Below, piece after piece: positions 38,108 through 48,020 of a stretch of DNA of 64,000 bases. Both the position numbers and the translations under genes were made by a program. Positions within the stretch are counted from its first letter, which is position 1. Every line of letters begins with the position of its first letter. This DNA is from Flavobacteriales bacterium (GTDB lineage Bacteria > Bacteroidota > Bacteroidia > Flavobacteriales_F > PHOS-HE28), in the NCBI GenBank assembly GCA_030584065.1, contig CP129489.1, positions 3,510,235 to 3,574,234 on the forward strand, written 5' to 3'. The notes under the pieces were generated by a model that saw only the letters and a program-made list of their open reading frames with translations, did no database searches and was not told the DNA's origin.

Positions 38108-38593
38108 ATGGACATCCAAGCCTACAACCGCGCCGTGGACGATCATTCGGATGCCCTGTACCGCTACGTGGTGAAGCACCTGCGCGACCGGGACGAGGCC
38201 AAGGACATCGTCCAGGAGTGCTTCCTGCGGCTGTGGATGCGGTTGGACCGTGTTGCTGTCGCGGGAGCGCGGAGCTATCTCTACGCCACGGCGCACAACC
38301 TGCTCGTCGACCGATCGCGCAGGCGGAAGTACCTGACCCGTTACGAGAATTGGCATGATGACGTGCGGACCGCTCATCAGCCCGCTGCTGGGCTCAAGGA
38401 CCGCATCGATGGCGCATTGGCCAAGCTGAGCCCTTTGCAGCGCTCTCTGGTGCTCCTTCGTGACCTGGAAGGCCGCTCCTACGGCGATATCGTGGAGATG
38501 ACGGGACTGGACATGACGAAAGTGAAGGTCTATCTGTACCGGGCCCGGAAGGCGATGCAGGGCCATTTGGGTGAGCTGGTCGAGTTGATCTGA
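38108..38593 (+). CDS. ECF-type RNA polymerase sigma-70 factor (sigma-24 family); no adjacent anti-sigma
   Basis: The internal ATG gives MDIQAYNRAV. Region 2 (DIVQECFLRLW) and region 4 HTH (LSPLQRSLVLLRDLEGRSYGDIVEMTG) are present. Confidence 0.8.
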   Translation: MDIQAYNRAVDDHSDALYRYVVKHLRDRDEAKDIVQECFLRLWMRLDRVAVAGARSYLYATAHNLLVDRSRRRKYLTRYENWHDDVRTAHQPAAGLKDRIDGALAKLSPLQRSLVLLRDLEGRSYGDIVEMTGLDMTKVKVYLYRARKAMQGHLGELVELI

Positions 38594-38740
38594 TCCACTG
38601 CCGTTGCCGGCCTCACCTGCCCGGCTCAAGGGTGTGCCTCGCACGGGTCGGCCACCTGAGCAGGCTTTTCATCGCGGCCTCCTCAGGACTGACGTTTCCA
38701 TGCCCGTGATGGACAGTAGTATCCCTGCATGCGTGCTCAA

Positions 38741-39118
38741 TCAGAGTGTATGCTCCTGGAGCATCCGCTTGAAACGCAGCGCAAGAAGAAACCCCTCCTT
38801 CCGGTAGCTCGCCAGCTTTCCAGCATCCGGCCTGAAGGACAGTTTCCGCATCCAGATGCCGAAGAGCAGGAGCGGGCAATAGCCTGTGTAACTCACTCTG
38901 CCTTCCCTTGCGGATACCTCGAAAACGATGAGCGAACCACCTGAGGCTTCCTTGTAGTAGGTGGCATGGCCTTGCCGCTGATGAAGCTTGAACACCAACG
39001 TGTGACCCCTGTTGAACGTGGTGATGCGTTCGGTCGGGCCCTTGAAGTCCACCTGCGTGAAGCCTTGATCATGGAACCAGTCATCCACCAAGGTCAGCAG
39101 GGTCTTGGGGTCGGTCAT
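38741..39118 (-). CDS. Hypothetical small cytoplasmic protein (125 aa)
   Basis: C-terminal 125 codons of the 390-aa track ORF, from the internal ATG MTDPKTLLTLVDDWFHDQGF. The composition is protein-like, whereas the upstream part is an Arg-rich shadow frame of fbp. Confidence 0.45.
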   Translation of the reverse strand: MTDPKTLLTLVDDWFHDQGFTQVDFKGPTERITTFNRGHTLVFKLHQRQGHATYYKEASGGSLIVFEVSAREGRVSYTGYCPLLLFGIWMRKLSFRPDAGKLASYRKEGFLLALRFKRMLQEHTL

Positions 39119-39210
39119 GGCGTTCTTGCTTGCCGGGTACCGGAGCACGAATTGACCGTCACTGATCCGAGCACAAGCGCCAGGTGAAGGGCAGCGGCTG
39201 ATCGATCGGT

Positions 39211-40173
39211 CTAACTCTTCATCGCCGCCTCCACCATGTTCCTGCTGCCGATGTACAGCGGGCAGCGCTGGTGCAGCTCGGTCGGCTGCAGGTCCAGGAT
39301 GCGGGTGGTGCCATCGGTGGCCATGCCGCCGGCTTGTTCCACCAAGAAGGCGAGCGGGTTCGCCTCGTACAGCAGGCGGAGCTTGCCTTTCGGGGCTTTC
39401 TGCGTGCCTGGGTAGAGGTAGATGCCGCCCTTGAGCAGGTTGCGGTGGAAGTCGGCCACCAGGCTGCCGATGTAGCGGGCGCTCATCTTCTTCTGCTTGC
39501 AGGCATCGATGTAGTTGCGCACGCCATCGCTGAACTCGTACCAGTTGCCCTCGTTGATGGAGTAGATCTTCCCATCGGCGGGCGTCTTCATGTCCGGGTA
39601 GCTTAGGCAGAAGGTGCCGATGCTGGGGTCGAGGGTGAAGCCGTTGACGCCGTGGCCGGTGCTGTACACGAGCATGGTGCTGCTGCCGTACACGATATAG
39701 CCTGCCGCCACCTGCGCGTTGCCGGGCTGCAGGAAATCCTCCAGCGTGGCCTTGGGGCCGGTGCTGATGCGCTTGTAGATGCTGAAGATGGTGCCGATGC
39801 TCACGTTCACGTCGATGTTGCTGCTGCCATCGAGCGGGTCCATGGTCACCACGTACTTGCCGCCGTTGTCGAAGTGCACGATGTCGTCGTTCTCCTCGCT
39901 GGCCACCGCGCACACCGCACCCTGGGTCTTCATCATGCGGATGAAGAGGTTGTTGGCGTAGACGTCGAGCTTCTGCTGGGCCTCGCCCTGCACGTTCTCG
40001 GTGCCTTCCGCGCCGAGGATATCGGCCATCAGTCCGGCCTTGTTCACCTCGCGGTTCACGATCTTGGCGGCGAGGCGGAAGGCGGTGAGCAGGCTGCTCA
40101 GGTCGCCCGATGCGCCGGGGAAATCGGCCTGGCGTTCAACGATGAACTCGGAGAGGGTCTTGATTTCGGACAT
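39211..40173 (-). CDS. fbp: Fructose-1,6-bisphosphatase class 1
   Basis: The internal ATG gives [15 protein letters not shown]. FBPase motif [14 protein letters not shown]. Confidence 0.9.
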   Translation of the reverse strand: MSEIKTLSEFIVERQADFPGASGDLSSLLTAFRLAAKIVNREVNKAGLMADILGAEGTENVQGEAQQKLDVYANNLFIRMMKTQGAVCAVASEENDDIVHFDNGGKYVVTMDPLDGSSNIDVNVSIGTIFSIYKRISTGPKATLEDFLQPGNAQVAAGYIVYGSSTMLVYSTGHGVNGFTLDPSIGTFCLSYPDMKTPADGKIYSINEGNWYEFSDGVRNYIDACKQKKMSARYIGSLVADFHRNLLKGGIYLYPGTQKAPKGKLRLLYEANPLAFLVEQAGGMATDGTTRILDLQPTELHQRCPLYIGSRNMVEAAMKS

Positions 40174-40207
40174 GTTGCAAAGATGCGGCGCTGCTTTCTT
40201 TGTGTGC

Positions 40208-40723
40208 ATGAACGTTGTCATCCGAAGGGCTGAGCCGCGTGACGTGCCGCGGATGCTGGAGCTGGTGCGGGAGCTGGCCACCTTCGAGAAGGAGCCGGAG
40301 GCGGTGACGGTTAAGGAGGATGCGATGCGCGATGCCGGTTTCGGCGAGCAACCGGTGTGGTGGGGGTGGGTGGCGGAGAAGCGATCCGACGATCGGATGA
40401 TCGGTACGCCGGATGACCAGAATGCGCGCTTGCTCGGTATGGCGGTGTGCTATGAGCGTTATTCCACCTGGCGCGGACGGGTGGGTTACCTGGAGGACAT
40501 CGTGGTGACGGAAGCCGCGCGCGGGCAGCGGGTCGGGGAGAAGCTGTTCCGTGCCTGTGTGGAGGACGCGCTCGAGCGTGGCTATCATCATCTCACTTGG
40601 CAGGTGCTGGATTGGAACGAGGATGCCATGCGGTTCTACGCCCGACTGGGTGCGGAATTCGACCCCCATTGGGTGAATGGCCGGATGACGCGTGATACCA
40701 TGAAGAAGTTGATCGAGGCATGA
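40208..40723 (+). CDS. GNAT-family N-acetyltransferase
   Basis: The internal ATG gives [13 protein letters not shown]. Acetyl-CoA binding motif QRVGEKLF. Confidence 0.75.
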   Translation: MNVVIRRAEPRDVPRMLELVRELATFEKEPEAVTVKEDAMRDAGFGEQPVWWGWVAEKRSDDRMIGTPDDQNARLLGMAVCYERYSTWRGRVGYLEDIVVTEAARGQRVGEKLFRACVEDALERGYHHLTWQVLDWNEDAMRFYARLGAEFDPHWVNGRMTRDTMKKLIEA

Positions 40724-41982
40724 AAGTCTTCAAGTTCGGCGGGGCCAGCGTGAAGGACGCGGCCGGTGTGCGCAACGTGGCGCGGGTGCTGACGCATTTC
40801 CCCGGGGAGGACATCCTGGTGGTGTTGAGCGCCATGGGCAAGACCACCAATGCGCTGGAACGCGTGGTATGGGACTGGCGGGACGGCAAGTCGGTGCGTG
40901 ACCAGGTGGAAGTGCTCCGCCAACAGCACGTGTCCGTGCTGCATGAGGTGGTGCCCGGGTTCGACGAGGCCGAGGCCTGGCTGCTGGAGTCTTTCGATGA
41001 ATTGGAGGAGCTGCTCAGTGGCACACCCACCGACCGCCCCGACCAGGATTACGACCAGATCGTGAGCTACGGTGAATTGTGGAGCACGCAGATCGTGAGC
41101 GCCTACCTGAGCGAGGAGCTGGAGGTCTGCTCCTGGATGGATGCCCGTGACCTGGTGCGGACGGATGCCCTGCACCGATCGGCACGCGTGGACTGGGAGA
41201 CCAGCGCTCAACTCGTGAAGGAGCAGTTCTCCAGCGGCGATGGCCAGGAGCCGGTGCAGTTCCCTGTGATCACGCAAGGATTCATCGGTGCCACCGATGG
41301 GGGCCTCACCACAACGCTGGGCCGGGAGGGCTCTGACTTCTCCGCCGCCATCTTCGCCTACCTGCTGGATGCGGAGAGCGTTACCATCTGGAAGGACGTG
41401 CCCGGCATGTTCAACGCCGACCCCAAGCGCTTCCCGGACACCAAGCTGCTCAGCCACATCAGCTACCGCGAGGCCATCGAGCTGAGCTACTTCGGTGCCA
41501 GCGTGATTCACCCGCGCACCCTTCAGCCGTTGCAGCAGAAGCACATCCCCCTCTATGTGCGCTCCTTCATGGACCTGGCCGCGCCGGGCAGCATCATCAA
41601 CGATGTGAGCGAGAGCGATTCGCTGATCCCCTCGTTCATCGTGAAGCCGAAGCAGCTGCTGGTCAGCATCACCCCGCGCGACCTCAGCTTCGTGGTGGAG
41701 GAGAACCTGCACCACATCTTCGGACTGTTCGCGCGGGCCAACGTGCGCATCGACCTCATGCAGAACAGCGCGCTGGCCTTCAGCGTGGTGGTCGACGACA
41801 CGCCGCGCAGCCGCTCCTTGATCGAGGAGCTGCGCCGCGACTATGAGGTGCGCTACAACGAGGAGTGCGAGCTGGTCACGGTGCGGCACTACGATGATGC
41901 CACGCTGGAACGACTTTGCGAGGGCCGTGAGGTGCTCATCGAACAGCGCAGCCGGACCACGGCGCGCTTCGTGCTCAAGTAG
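40720..41982 (+). CDS. lysC: Aspartate kinase
   Basis: [14 protein letters not shown], an amino-acid kinase domain and ACT domains; ATGA overlap with the GNAT gene. Confidence 0.9.
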   Translation: MKVFKFGGASVKDAAGVRNVARVLTHFPGEDILVVLSAMGKTTNALERVVWDWRDGKSVRDQVEVLRQQHVSVLHEVVPGFDEAEAWLLESFDELEELLSGTPTDRPDQDYDQIVSYGELWSTQIVSAYLSEELEVCSWMDARDLVRTDALHRSARVDWETSAQLVKEQFSSGDGQEPVQFPVITQGFIGATDGGLTTTLGREGSDFSAAIFAYLLDAESVTIWKDVPGMFNADPKRFPDTKLLSHISYREAIELSYFGASVIHPRTLQPLQQKHIPLYVRSFMDLAAPGSIINDVSESDSLIPSFIVKPKQLLVSITPRDLSFVVEENLHHIFGLFARANVRIDLMQNSALAFSVVVDDTPRSRSLIEELRRDYEVRYNEECELVTVRHYDDATLERLCEGREVLIEQRSRTTARFVLK

Positions 41983-41985
41983 GCC

Positions 41986-43221
41986 TCAGAAGGCGCAGAA
42001 GTACCTCATGGCATCCGAGGCACGCATGTTGCCGAGCGCGGCGCTTCGGCGGAGGTCGTCGCACCCTTGCTCGGGCCGGTAGGTCATGTGCTTCGCCAAG
42101 CCGCGGTTGTAAAGGCTCGCCGCATGGTCGCCTTGGATGAGCAGCGCCCGGTCGAAGCAATCGATGGCCTCTGGATACTCGGCGAAGAGCATGTGCAGGC
42201 TGCCCTTCAGCACCCAGGCATCGGGATCACCCGGCGATCGCTGCAGGGTGGCCTCGGCGTCGGCCATGGCACCGGCCCGATCGCCGAGCTGATTGCGCAC
42301 GAAGGCGCGGTTGTACTGGGCCTCCAGGTAATCCGGCGCGAGCTCCAGGGCCCGGTCGTAATCATCGCGGGCGCCGGCCAGATCGCCGTCCCGTTTGCGG
42401 ATCAGGGCGCGCTGGAAGAAGAAATGCGGCCGGTCCTGGGCCAGCTCCAGTGCGCGGTTCATGTCGGCCCGGGCCAGGTCGTCGCGCCCCATGCGCAGCT
42501 GGACCAGTCCGCGGTTGTACCAGGCAAGGTCGAAGTTGCGATCGAGCAGGATCGCACTATCCAATGCGGCTAGGGCATCGAGCCAGCGCTGCATGCGCAT
42601 GTAGGCCACGCCGCGCAGGTCGTGCACGATGGCCAGCCGGGGCGAGACGCGGCGCGCCTCCTCGGCCGAACGAAGGGCATCCTCCGGGCGGTCGGCCTGC
42701 AGCAGGGCAGAGGTCCGCTTCAGGAGCAGGAGCACATCGTGCGGCTTCTCGAGCAGGAGCGTGTCGAGCTCCTCCAGGGCGCGACCCGTCTCGCCCGCTG
42801 AGAGCCAGGCATCCACGCGGCCCTCGCGCAGCAGGTCGTCGTAGGGCTGCAGAGCAACGGCACGGCTCCAGTCCTCCTCGGCGCCCTTCACGTCGTTCAT
42901 CAGCAGCTTCACCTTGGCCCGTCGGTCATAGATGTACTCGCTGTAGGGGTTCAGCTCCAGCGCCCGGTCCAGGTCGGCCATGGCCAGCTGGTAATGGCCG
43001 AGCCGGTTGTAGAGCGCGGCCCGCTTCATATAGGCATCGGCAAAGCCCATGTCGCGCTGGATGGCGCTGGTGTAGCTCAGGAGCGCCTGCTCGCTGCTGC
43101 CCAGGCGCAGTTGCATGTCGCCTTGCTGGATGAGCTGGATGGCATCGAGCCGGTTGTTGAACTGCGCCGAAGCGCCGCAGGCGATGGCCAGCAGCAGGAT
43201 GAGGGGTTGCAGGCGTCTCAT
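41986..43221 (-). CDS. Secreted tetratricopeptide-repeat protein
   Basis: The internal ATG gives the signal peptide MRRLQPLILLLAIACGASAQ, followed by about 10 TPR units (AxxYxxRGxxxxxxGxxxxAxxDxxxAL). Confidence 0.75.
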   Translation of the reverse strand: MRRLQPLILLLAIACGASAQFNNRLDAIQLIQQGDMQLRLGSSEQALLSYTSAIQRDMGFADAYMKRAALYNRLGHYQLAMADLDRALELNPYSEYIYDRRAKVKLLMNDVKGAEEDWSRAVALQPYDDLLREGRVDAWLSAGETGRALEELDTLLLEKPHDVLLLLKRTSALLQADRPEDALRSAEEARRVSPRLAIVHDLRGVAYMRMQRWLDALAALDSAILLDRNFDLAWYNRGLVQLRMGRDDLARADMNRALELAQDRPHFFFQRALIRKRDGDLAGARDDYDRALELAPDYLEAQYNRAFVRNQLGDRAGAMADAEATLQRSPGDPDAWVLKGSLHMLFAEYPEAIDCFDRALLIQGDHAASLYNRGLAKHMTYRPEQGCDDLRRSAALGNMRASDAMRYFCAF

Positions 43222-43225
43222 GGAT

Positions 43226-43540
43226 TCAGGCTTTGGCCACCTGGTCCAGGAGCGTCCGCTGGGCAAGGGGATCCATGTGCGTGATGGGGGTGGCGTGGAT
43301 GCGCACCAGGTCATCGCCCAGCGCGTGCACGCAAGCGTCCTCCACCCGCCGGTAGAGCAGGGCCTTGGTCATGCCCTGCAGCAGCAGTTGCCGGGTGCGC
43401 ACCAGCTGGCCGTCCACGACGAGGAGCTCCTCATGGTCGGTGTCCAGTGTGGGGAAGAGCAGCAGCTGGCGGTCCATGAGGATGAGCGCTAGCCGTTCAG
43501 CGGCCTCCACGGTGCGGGTCTGGATGGTGACGTGTATCAT
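43226..43540 (-). CDS. Small CutA/PII-like (ferredoxin-fold) protein, hypothetical; last gene of the export operon
   Basis: The internal ATG gives MIHVTIQTRTVEAAERLALILMDRQ... with a beta-alpha-beta pattern like CutA1/DUF190/DUF3240; 105 aa. Confidence 0.4.
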   Translation of the reverse strand: MIHVTIQTRTVEAAERLALILMDRQLLLFPTLDTDHEELLVVDGQLVRTRQLLLQGMTKALLYRRVEDACVHALGDDLVRIHATPITHMDPLAQRTLLDQVAKA

Positions 43541-43553
43541 GGCGTTCCTCTTC

Positions 43554-44999
43554 TCAGCGTACCCAAGCGCTCCAGAGCGTGCCGGCCTCATGGTCGAGCG
43601 CGAACCAGGCCTTGCGCAACCTGGCCTCGAGGTCCACTTGGCGGAGCTGCGCGTCGATGAGCGGGACCTCGCGCGCGTTCACCAGGAAGAGGGAGCTCTC
43701 GCCGACGCTGAAGCGCTGGTTCTCGCCATCGAGCAGGCGCTGGTTGTTGATGACCATGGCGGCGCCGAGGTCCACTTGCTGGCGGAAGATGCTGATGTCG
43801 TTCAGGCGCTCGCGTACACGGTTGCGGATGAGCAGCCGGTCGCGCTCCACGCCCAGCTGGGCGTCGGTGAGGCGGAGCTTGGCCAGGGCGAGCTCGCCGC
43901 GCTCACGCCGCAGCAGCAGCGGCATGCTGAATCCGACGCCCAGGGACTGCCCGTCGCCGATGAGCCTGGAGCCCGGTTCGCTGCGAAGGTTTTGGCCGTT
44001 GCCGAGCCACTCGTACTTCACATCAAGGTCCGGCTTGAGGTATTCCGCGCGCAGCCGGCGGTCGATCTCGAGCTGATCGAGGCGGGCGTACGCCTGTATG
44101 AGAAGGGGATGGTTCTCGAGCGCAACCTCCAGGGCGGTGTCGGAAGCGGCGGTTTCGATGGGGGAGAGAAGGTCTGCGGGCTCTGGCCTGACGGACTCCT
44201 GCAGCTCCAGCGGGCGCTGGCTGCTGTCCCAGAGGTGGTTGCTGAGGCGCAAGGCCGCGTTGCGCACAGCGAGTGCGGCCTGTTGCTGGCGCATCATGCG
44301 GTCCTGCAGCTGCAGGTAGGCCTCCAGCGTGTCGATGGCCGGCCGGTCGCCGCCGCGCCAGCTGCCGCGCACGGCATCCAGGCGCAACTCGGCCAGCCGC
44401 ACGGCTGCATCGCTCACCTCCAGCGCGCGGTGCGCGGCAACCCAATCGGTATGGTCGCCAAGGGCCTGCAGCAGCAGGCTGTTGAGGAGCTGACGGCGCT
44501 CGCCCTCCGTGGCGCGCTGATAGGCCTGCGCGCGGCGAAGGGCAGCCCTCCGCTGGTCGATGAACAGCCCTTGCCCGATGGACGCCTTCACCCCCGCTCT
44601 AACCAGGCCTTCATCGGGGGTGCGCTGCTCGGGATTCAGGAAGGTGCCGTCGCCATCCTCGAAGCCGGCCAGCAGGTCGATGCCGTACCAGGTGGGCACT
44701 TTCAGCCCCGCTTCGAGCAGCGTGTAGTACTCCTTGTCCTCGAACTCCTTGCTGCGGTAAGCCGCGGTGGCCACCGGGTCGAATCCTCCCCGGGCGCTCC
44801 TCACGGCCGCATCGCCCATCCCGGTGCGCAGGGCGGCTTGCCGGGCCATGGGGTGGTTCTCGGTCACCAGCCGCACGAAGGCCTCGCGGGTGAGGGTGGC
44901 GGGCGTCTGCGCACTGCCGGTTCGGATCGCCCCGGCCATGCCGAGTGCGAGCAGCGCGCGCAAGGCGAATCCGAGGGTGTAGGGCGCTGCCATGGTCAT
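43554..44999 (-). CDS. TolC-family outer-membrane efflux protein
   Basis: The ATG at 44999 (MTMAAPYTLGFALRALLALGMAGA) gives a signal peptide. It has two OEP repeats and an ATGA overlap with the HlyD gene. Confidence 0.8.
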   Translation of the reverse strand: MTMAAPYTLGFALRALLALGMAGAIRTGSAQTPATLTREAFVRLVTENHPMARQAALRTGMGDAAVRSARGGFDPVATAAYRSKEFEDKEYYTLLEAGLKVPTWYGIDLLAGFEDGDGTFLNPEQRTPDEGLVRAGVKASIGQGLFIDQRRAALRRAQAYQRATEGERRQLLNSLLLQALGDHTDWVAAHRALEVSDAAVRLAELRLDAVRGSWRGGDRPAIDTLEAYLQLQDRMMRQQQAALAVRNAALRLSNHLWDSSQRPLELQESVRPEPADLLSPIETAASDTALEVALENHPLLIQAYARLDQLEIDRRLRAEYLKPDLDVKYEWLGNGQNLRSEPGSRLIGDGQSLGVGFSMPLLLRRERGELALAKLRLTDAQLGVERDRLLIRNRVRERLNDISIFRQQVDLGAAMVINNQRLLDGENQRFSVGESSLFLVNAREVPLIDAQLRQVDLEARLRKAWFALDHEAGTLWSAWVR

Positions 45000-46345
45000 T
45001 TGCCTTTCATGCTCACTGGCTCGGGCACCGCGTAGAGGTCCGGCGGGAATCCGTTGATCTGCCGCCACAGCTCATACCAGATGGGCACATTGCTCATGAG
45101 CGCGAAGCCCACGCTTCCGCCGCCCACGCGCAGGGCCTTGGGCCAGGGCTCATCATCGGGGTCGGGCGCCACCAGCAGGCGGTACTTGCCGTTTGGGCTG
45201 ATGAAGTTGTCCACGGCGGCCACACGGCCCCCGAAGGTGCCGTAGCTCGCATTGGGCCAGCCGCTGAAGACGATGCTCGGCCATCCGTCGAACATGAAGC
45301 GCACCTTCTGCCCCTTGTTGATCAACGGCATGTCCATGGGGCGCACGTATAGCTCAACCGCCAGGTCGAAGTCCGCGGGCATCACGCTCACCAGTTCGTC
45401 GCCCTCCTTCACCGTCTCGCCCACGCCGGTCACCACCGCCTTGGTGATGTAGCCGCGCTGCGGTGCCGTAACGTAATAGTTGCCGGCCCGCACCGTGTAG
45501 TTGGCCAGGTCCACCTGCATCTTGCTCACTTCGGCTTCGGTGGTGTAGCGCTGGCTGAGGCTGGCGAACTTCTCGCTCTCGGCCTTGCTCAGCTTGTCGC
45601 GGTAGTCGTTGCGTATGCCGTCGAGGTCGAGCTGCGCATTGAGCAGCTCGTTGCGCGCATCCAGCAGTTTGTTGCGGGCATCGATGACGGTGGCCGTGGC
45701 GCGCTGCTGAGCCACCTGGCGGCGCTCGAGCTCCACCTTGCTCAGCAGCCCCTCCGTGAACTGCTGCTCCCCGCGCTCGAGCTGCTCCTCCGCCACGCGG
45801 ATCTCGGTCTCCGCGGCGATTACGCGGATGCTGTCGCTCTGCACCTTGAGCCGGGCCTGCAGGATCTTGTTGCGGGCCTGCTCGAGCTTCACGCGCAGGG
45901 CGGCGTTGAGGGCATCGATCTGCGCATCGAGTGAGCGCACCTTCTCATCGTAGCTGCGCGCGGTGAGCTCCTTGGCGGTGATCTGCTCCTGCGTGCGGTC
46001 GAGCAGGAGTGGGTCGAAGTATTCGGCCTTCACCTCGCTGAGGCGGAGGATGGTGTCGCCTTTCTGCACCAGCTGGCCTTCCTGCACGAACCACTCCTCG
46101 ACGCGGCCGGGGATGATGGCGTGGATGGTCTGCGGCCGCTGGTCGGGGCTGAGGCTGGTGACGGTTCCGCGCGCGCGTATGTTCTGCGTCCAGGGCAGGA
46201 AGAGGCCGATGAGGACCACGGCGCAGGCGGCGACGAGCCAACGGGAGAACAGCCGGTTGGCGCTGGCGATGCCGATGACGCGGAAGCAGCCGAATGTGCT
46301 GCGGTCCAGCGTGGGCACGGGATTGTGCGGGCTCAGGTCAAGCAT
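44996..46345 (-). CDS. HlyD-family membrane fusion / secretion protein
   Basis: The internal ATG gives MLDLSPHNP. It has a single TM helix, a long coiled coil and a beta-barrel domain. Confidence 0.8.
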   Translation of the reverse strand: MLDLSPHNPVPTLDRSTFGCFRVIGIASANRLFSRWLVAACAVVLIGLFLPWTQNIRARGTVTSLSPDQRPQTIHAIIPGRVEEWFVQEGQLVQKGDTILRLSEVKAEYFDPLLLDRTQEQITAKELTARSYDEKVRSLDAQIDALNAALRVKLEQARNKILQARLKVQSDSIRVIAAETEIRVAEEQLERGEQQFTEGLLSKVELERRQVAQQRATATVIDARNKLLDARNELLNAQLDLDGIRNDYRDKLSKAESEKFASLSQRYTTEAEVSKMQVDLANYTVRAGNYYVTAPQRGYITKAVVTGVGETVKEGDELVSVMPADFDLAVELYVRPMDMPLINKGQKVRFMFDGWPSIVFSGWPNASYGTFGGRVAAVDNFISPNGKYRLLVAPDPDDEPWPKALRVGGGSVGFALMSNVPIWYELWRQINGFPPDLYAVPEPVSMKGK

Positions 46346-46349
46346 GGCG

Positions 46350-48020
46350 TCAGGGCTTCGGTTCGATGCGGCCCTCGCGCAGGTGCAGCACGCGCCGGCA
46401 CCGGCCCTGCAGCCAGGGGTCATTGCTCACGGCCAGGAGGGTCCATGGGCGCTCGGGCGCGCTGATCCAGCCCAGGAGCTGTTCGCGCTCGCGCGGCTCC
46501 CAGTCCTGCAGGCTGTCCTCCAGCAGGATCATGCGCGGCCGGCCGGCGATCGCGCGGGCCTGCACGATGCGCTTCACCAGGCTGCGGGGCAGCCGTGCGC
46601 CCTCGGGGTCGAGCTGCGTGAGGAGGCCGTTGGGCAGCAGCGCCAGTTGGTCCATCAGGCCGGTGGCCCGGCAGGCCTCCACCACATCGGGTTCGGTGAT
46701 CCATTCACGGCCCACGGTGATGTTCTCCATCACGGTCCCGGTGAACACATCGTCATCGCTCAGGCAGTCCCCGATGATCGAGCGCACATCCTCCAGGTCG
46801 AGGCTGCTGATGGGGTGTCCATCGAGCATCACGCTGCCCTCCGAGGGCGCCAGGCCTCCGCCCAGGATGCGGAGCAAGGTGGTCTTGCCCGAGCCATTGG
46901 CGCCGCTGAGGCAGACCTTCTCGCCGGGCGCCAGGCTGAGATTGATGCCTTCCAGGACGTTGCGGCCGCTCCAGCCGCTGCGGAAGCCAAGCTCCCTGGT
47001 CTCCACGGCGAGGCCGGCCGCCGGGTCCTTGTCCAGCACCGTGAGCCCCCCGGAGCGCTCCAGGGCCACATCGGTGACCGCGCCGATCTTCTCCAGCGCA
47101 GTCACCAGGTCGTACACGCGGTCAAGGCTGATGATGATCTTCTCCACCGCATTGAGCAGCATCAGGATCACGATCTCGGCTGCCACGAACTGGCCTAGGT
47201 TCATCTGCTCGTTCATCACCAGCAGGCCGCCGAGCGCGAGAAGCGCAAGGGTGATGATCACCTTGAAGACCACCAACGCGGAATACTGCCCCACCAGGAC
47301 GCGGAAGTGGGCCTTGCGCGCGCGCGCATAGCCGGCCACCAGCTCGTCGGCACGGTCGATGGGGAGGCGCGTGCGGCCCACCATCTTGAAGGTGTCCTGG
47401 CTGCGGCCGAGCTCCTCCAGCCAGTAGGCGGTCCTGTATTTGTAGGCGCTTTCCTCCATGCTGGTGGCCAGGCCGCGCTGGCCGGTGAAGCGGAAGATGA
47501 GCACGAGCAGCACCAGCAGCAGCAGGCCGAAGGCGATGAAGAAGGGGTGGTAGAGCGCGAGGAGCACCAGGGAGAGCATGATCTGCAGCAGCGCCAGCGG
47601 GATGTCGAGCAGCAGCTTCGCCAGGCTCTTCTGCACGGTCATGGTGTCGAAGAAGCGGTTCACCAGCTCGGGCAGGTAACGGCCCTGGGCGGCATCGTAC
47701 CGGATGCGAGGGAGGCGGTAGGCGAACTCCAGCGCGCTGCGCGCGAAGAGCCGCTGCTGGATGTTCTCGGCCAGCGCCATCTGCATGATCTGCAGCACGC
47801 CGGTGAAGCCCACGCCGATGGTCACGAAGGCGATGAGCACGCCCCAGCTGGTGGCCACCTGGCCGCCGCTGATGAGGTTGATGATGGCCTGCACGCCGAG
47901 CGGTAGGCTGAGGCCGATGGCGCCCCCCACCGCCGCATACAGGTAGATGTGCGTGATCTCGCGCTTGTCCACCTTCAGGAGGCGGGTGAGCCGCTGCCAC
48001 GGCGTGATGTGGGCGTTCAT
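46350..48020 (-). CDS. ABC exporter, fused permease-ATPase (HlyB/bacteriocin-exporter type without C39 peptidase domain)
   Basis: 6-TM ABC_membrane domain followed by a nucleotide-binding domain (Walker A GANGSGKTT). Confidence 0.85.
   Translation of the reverse strand: MNAHITPWQRLTRLLKVDKREITHIYLYAAVGGAIGLSLPLGVQAIINLISGGQVATSWGVLIAFVTIGVGFTGVLQIMQMALAENIQQRLFARSALEFAYRLPRIRYDAAQGRYLPELVNRFFDTMTVQKSLAKLLLDIPLALLQIMLSLVLLALYHPFFIAFGLLLLVLLVLIFRFTGQRGLATSMEESAYKYRTAYWLEELGRSQDTFKMVGRTRLPIDRADELVAGYARARKAHFRVLVGQYSALVVFKVIITLALLALGGLLVMNEQMNLGQFVAAEIVILMLLNAVEKIIISLDRVYDLVTALEKIGAVTDVALERSGGLTVLDKDPAAGLAVETRELGFRSGWSGRNVLEGINLSLAPGEKVCLSGANGSGKTTLLRILGGGLAPSEGSVMLDGHPISSLDLEDVRSIIGDCLSDDDVFTGTVMENITVGREWITEPDVVEACRATGLMDQLALLPNGLLTQLDPEGARLPRSLVKRIVQARAIAGRPRMILLEDSLQDWEPREREQLLGWISAPERPWTLLAVSNDPWLQGRCRRVLHLREGRIEPKP

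Noticed and set aside
38604-38944. Small ORFs (38604-38807, 38613-38879, 38729-38944) in the convergent intergenic region after the ECF sigma gene as candidate anti-sigma factors
   Set aside because: They have no TM helix or zinc-finger anti-sigma motif, their composition is poor, and they overlap one another.
39119-39913. N-terminal about 265 codons of the 390-aa ORF 38741-39913
   Set aside because: It is an Arg/His/Gln-rich alternate frame of fbp. Only the C-terminal 125 codons, from ATG 39118, look protein-like and are kept as a hypothetical gene.
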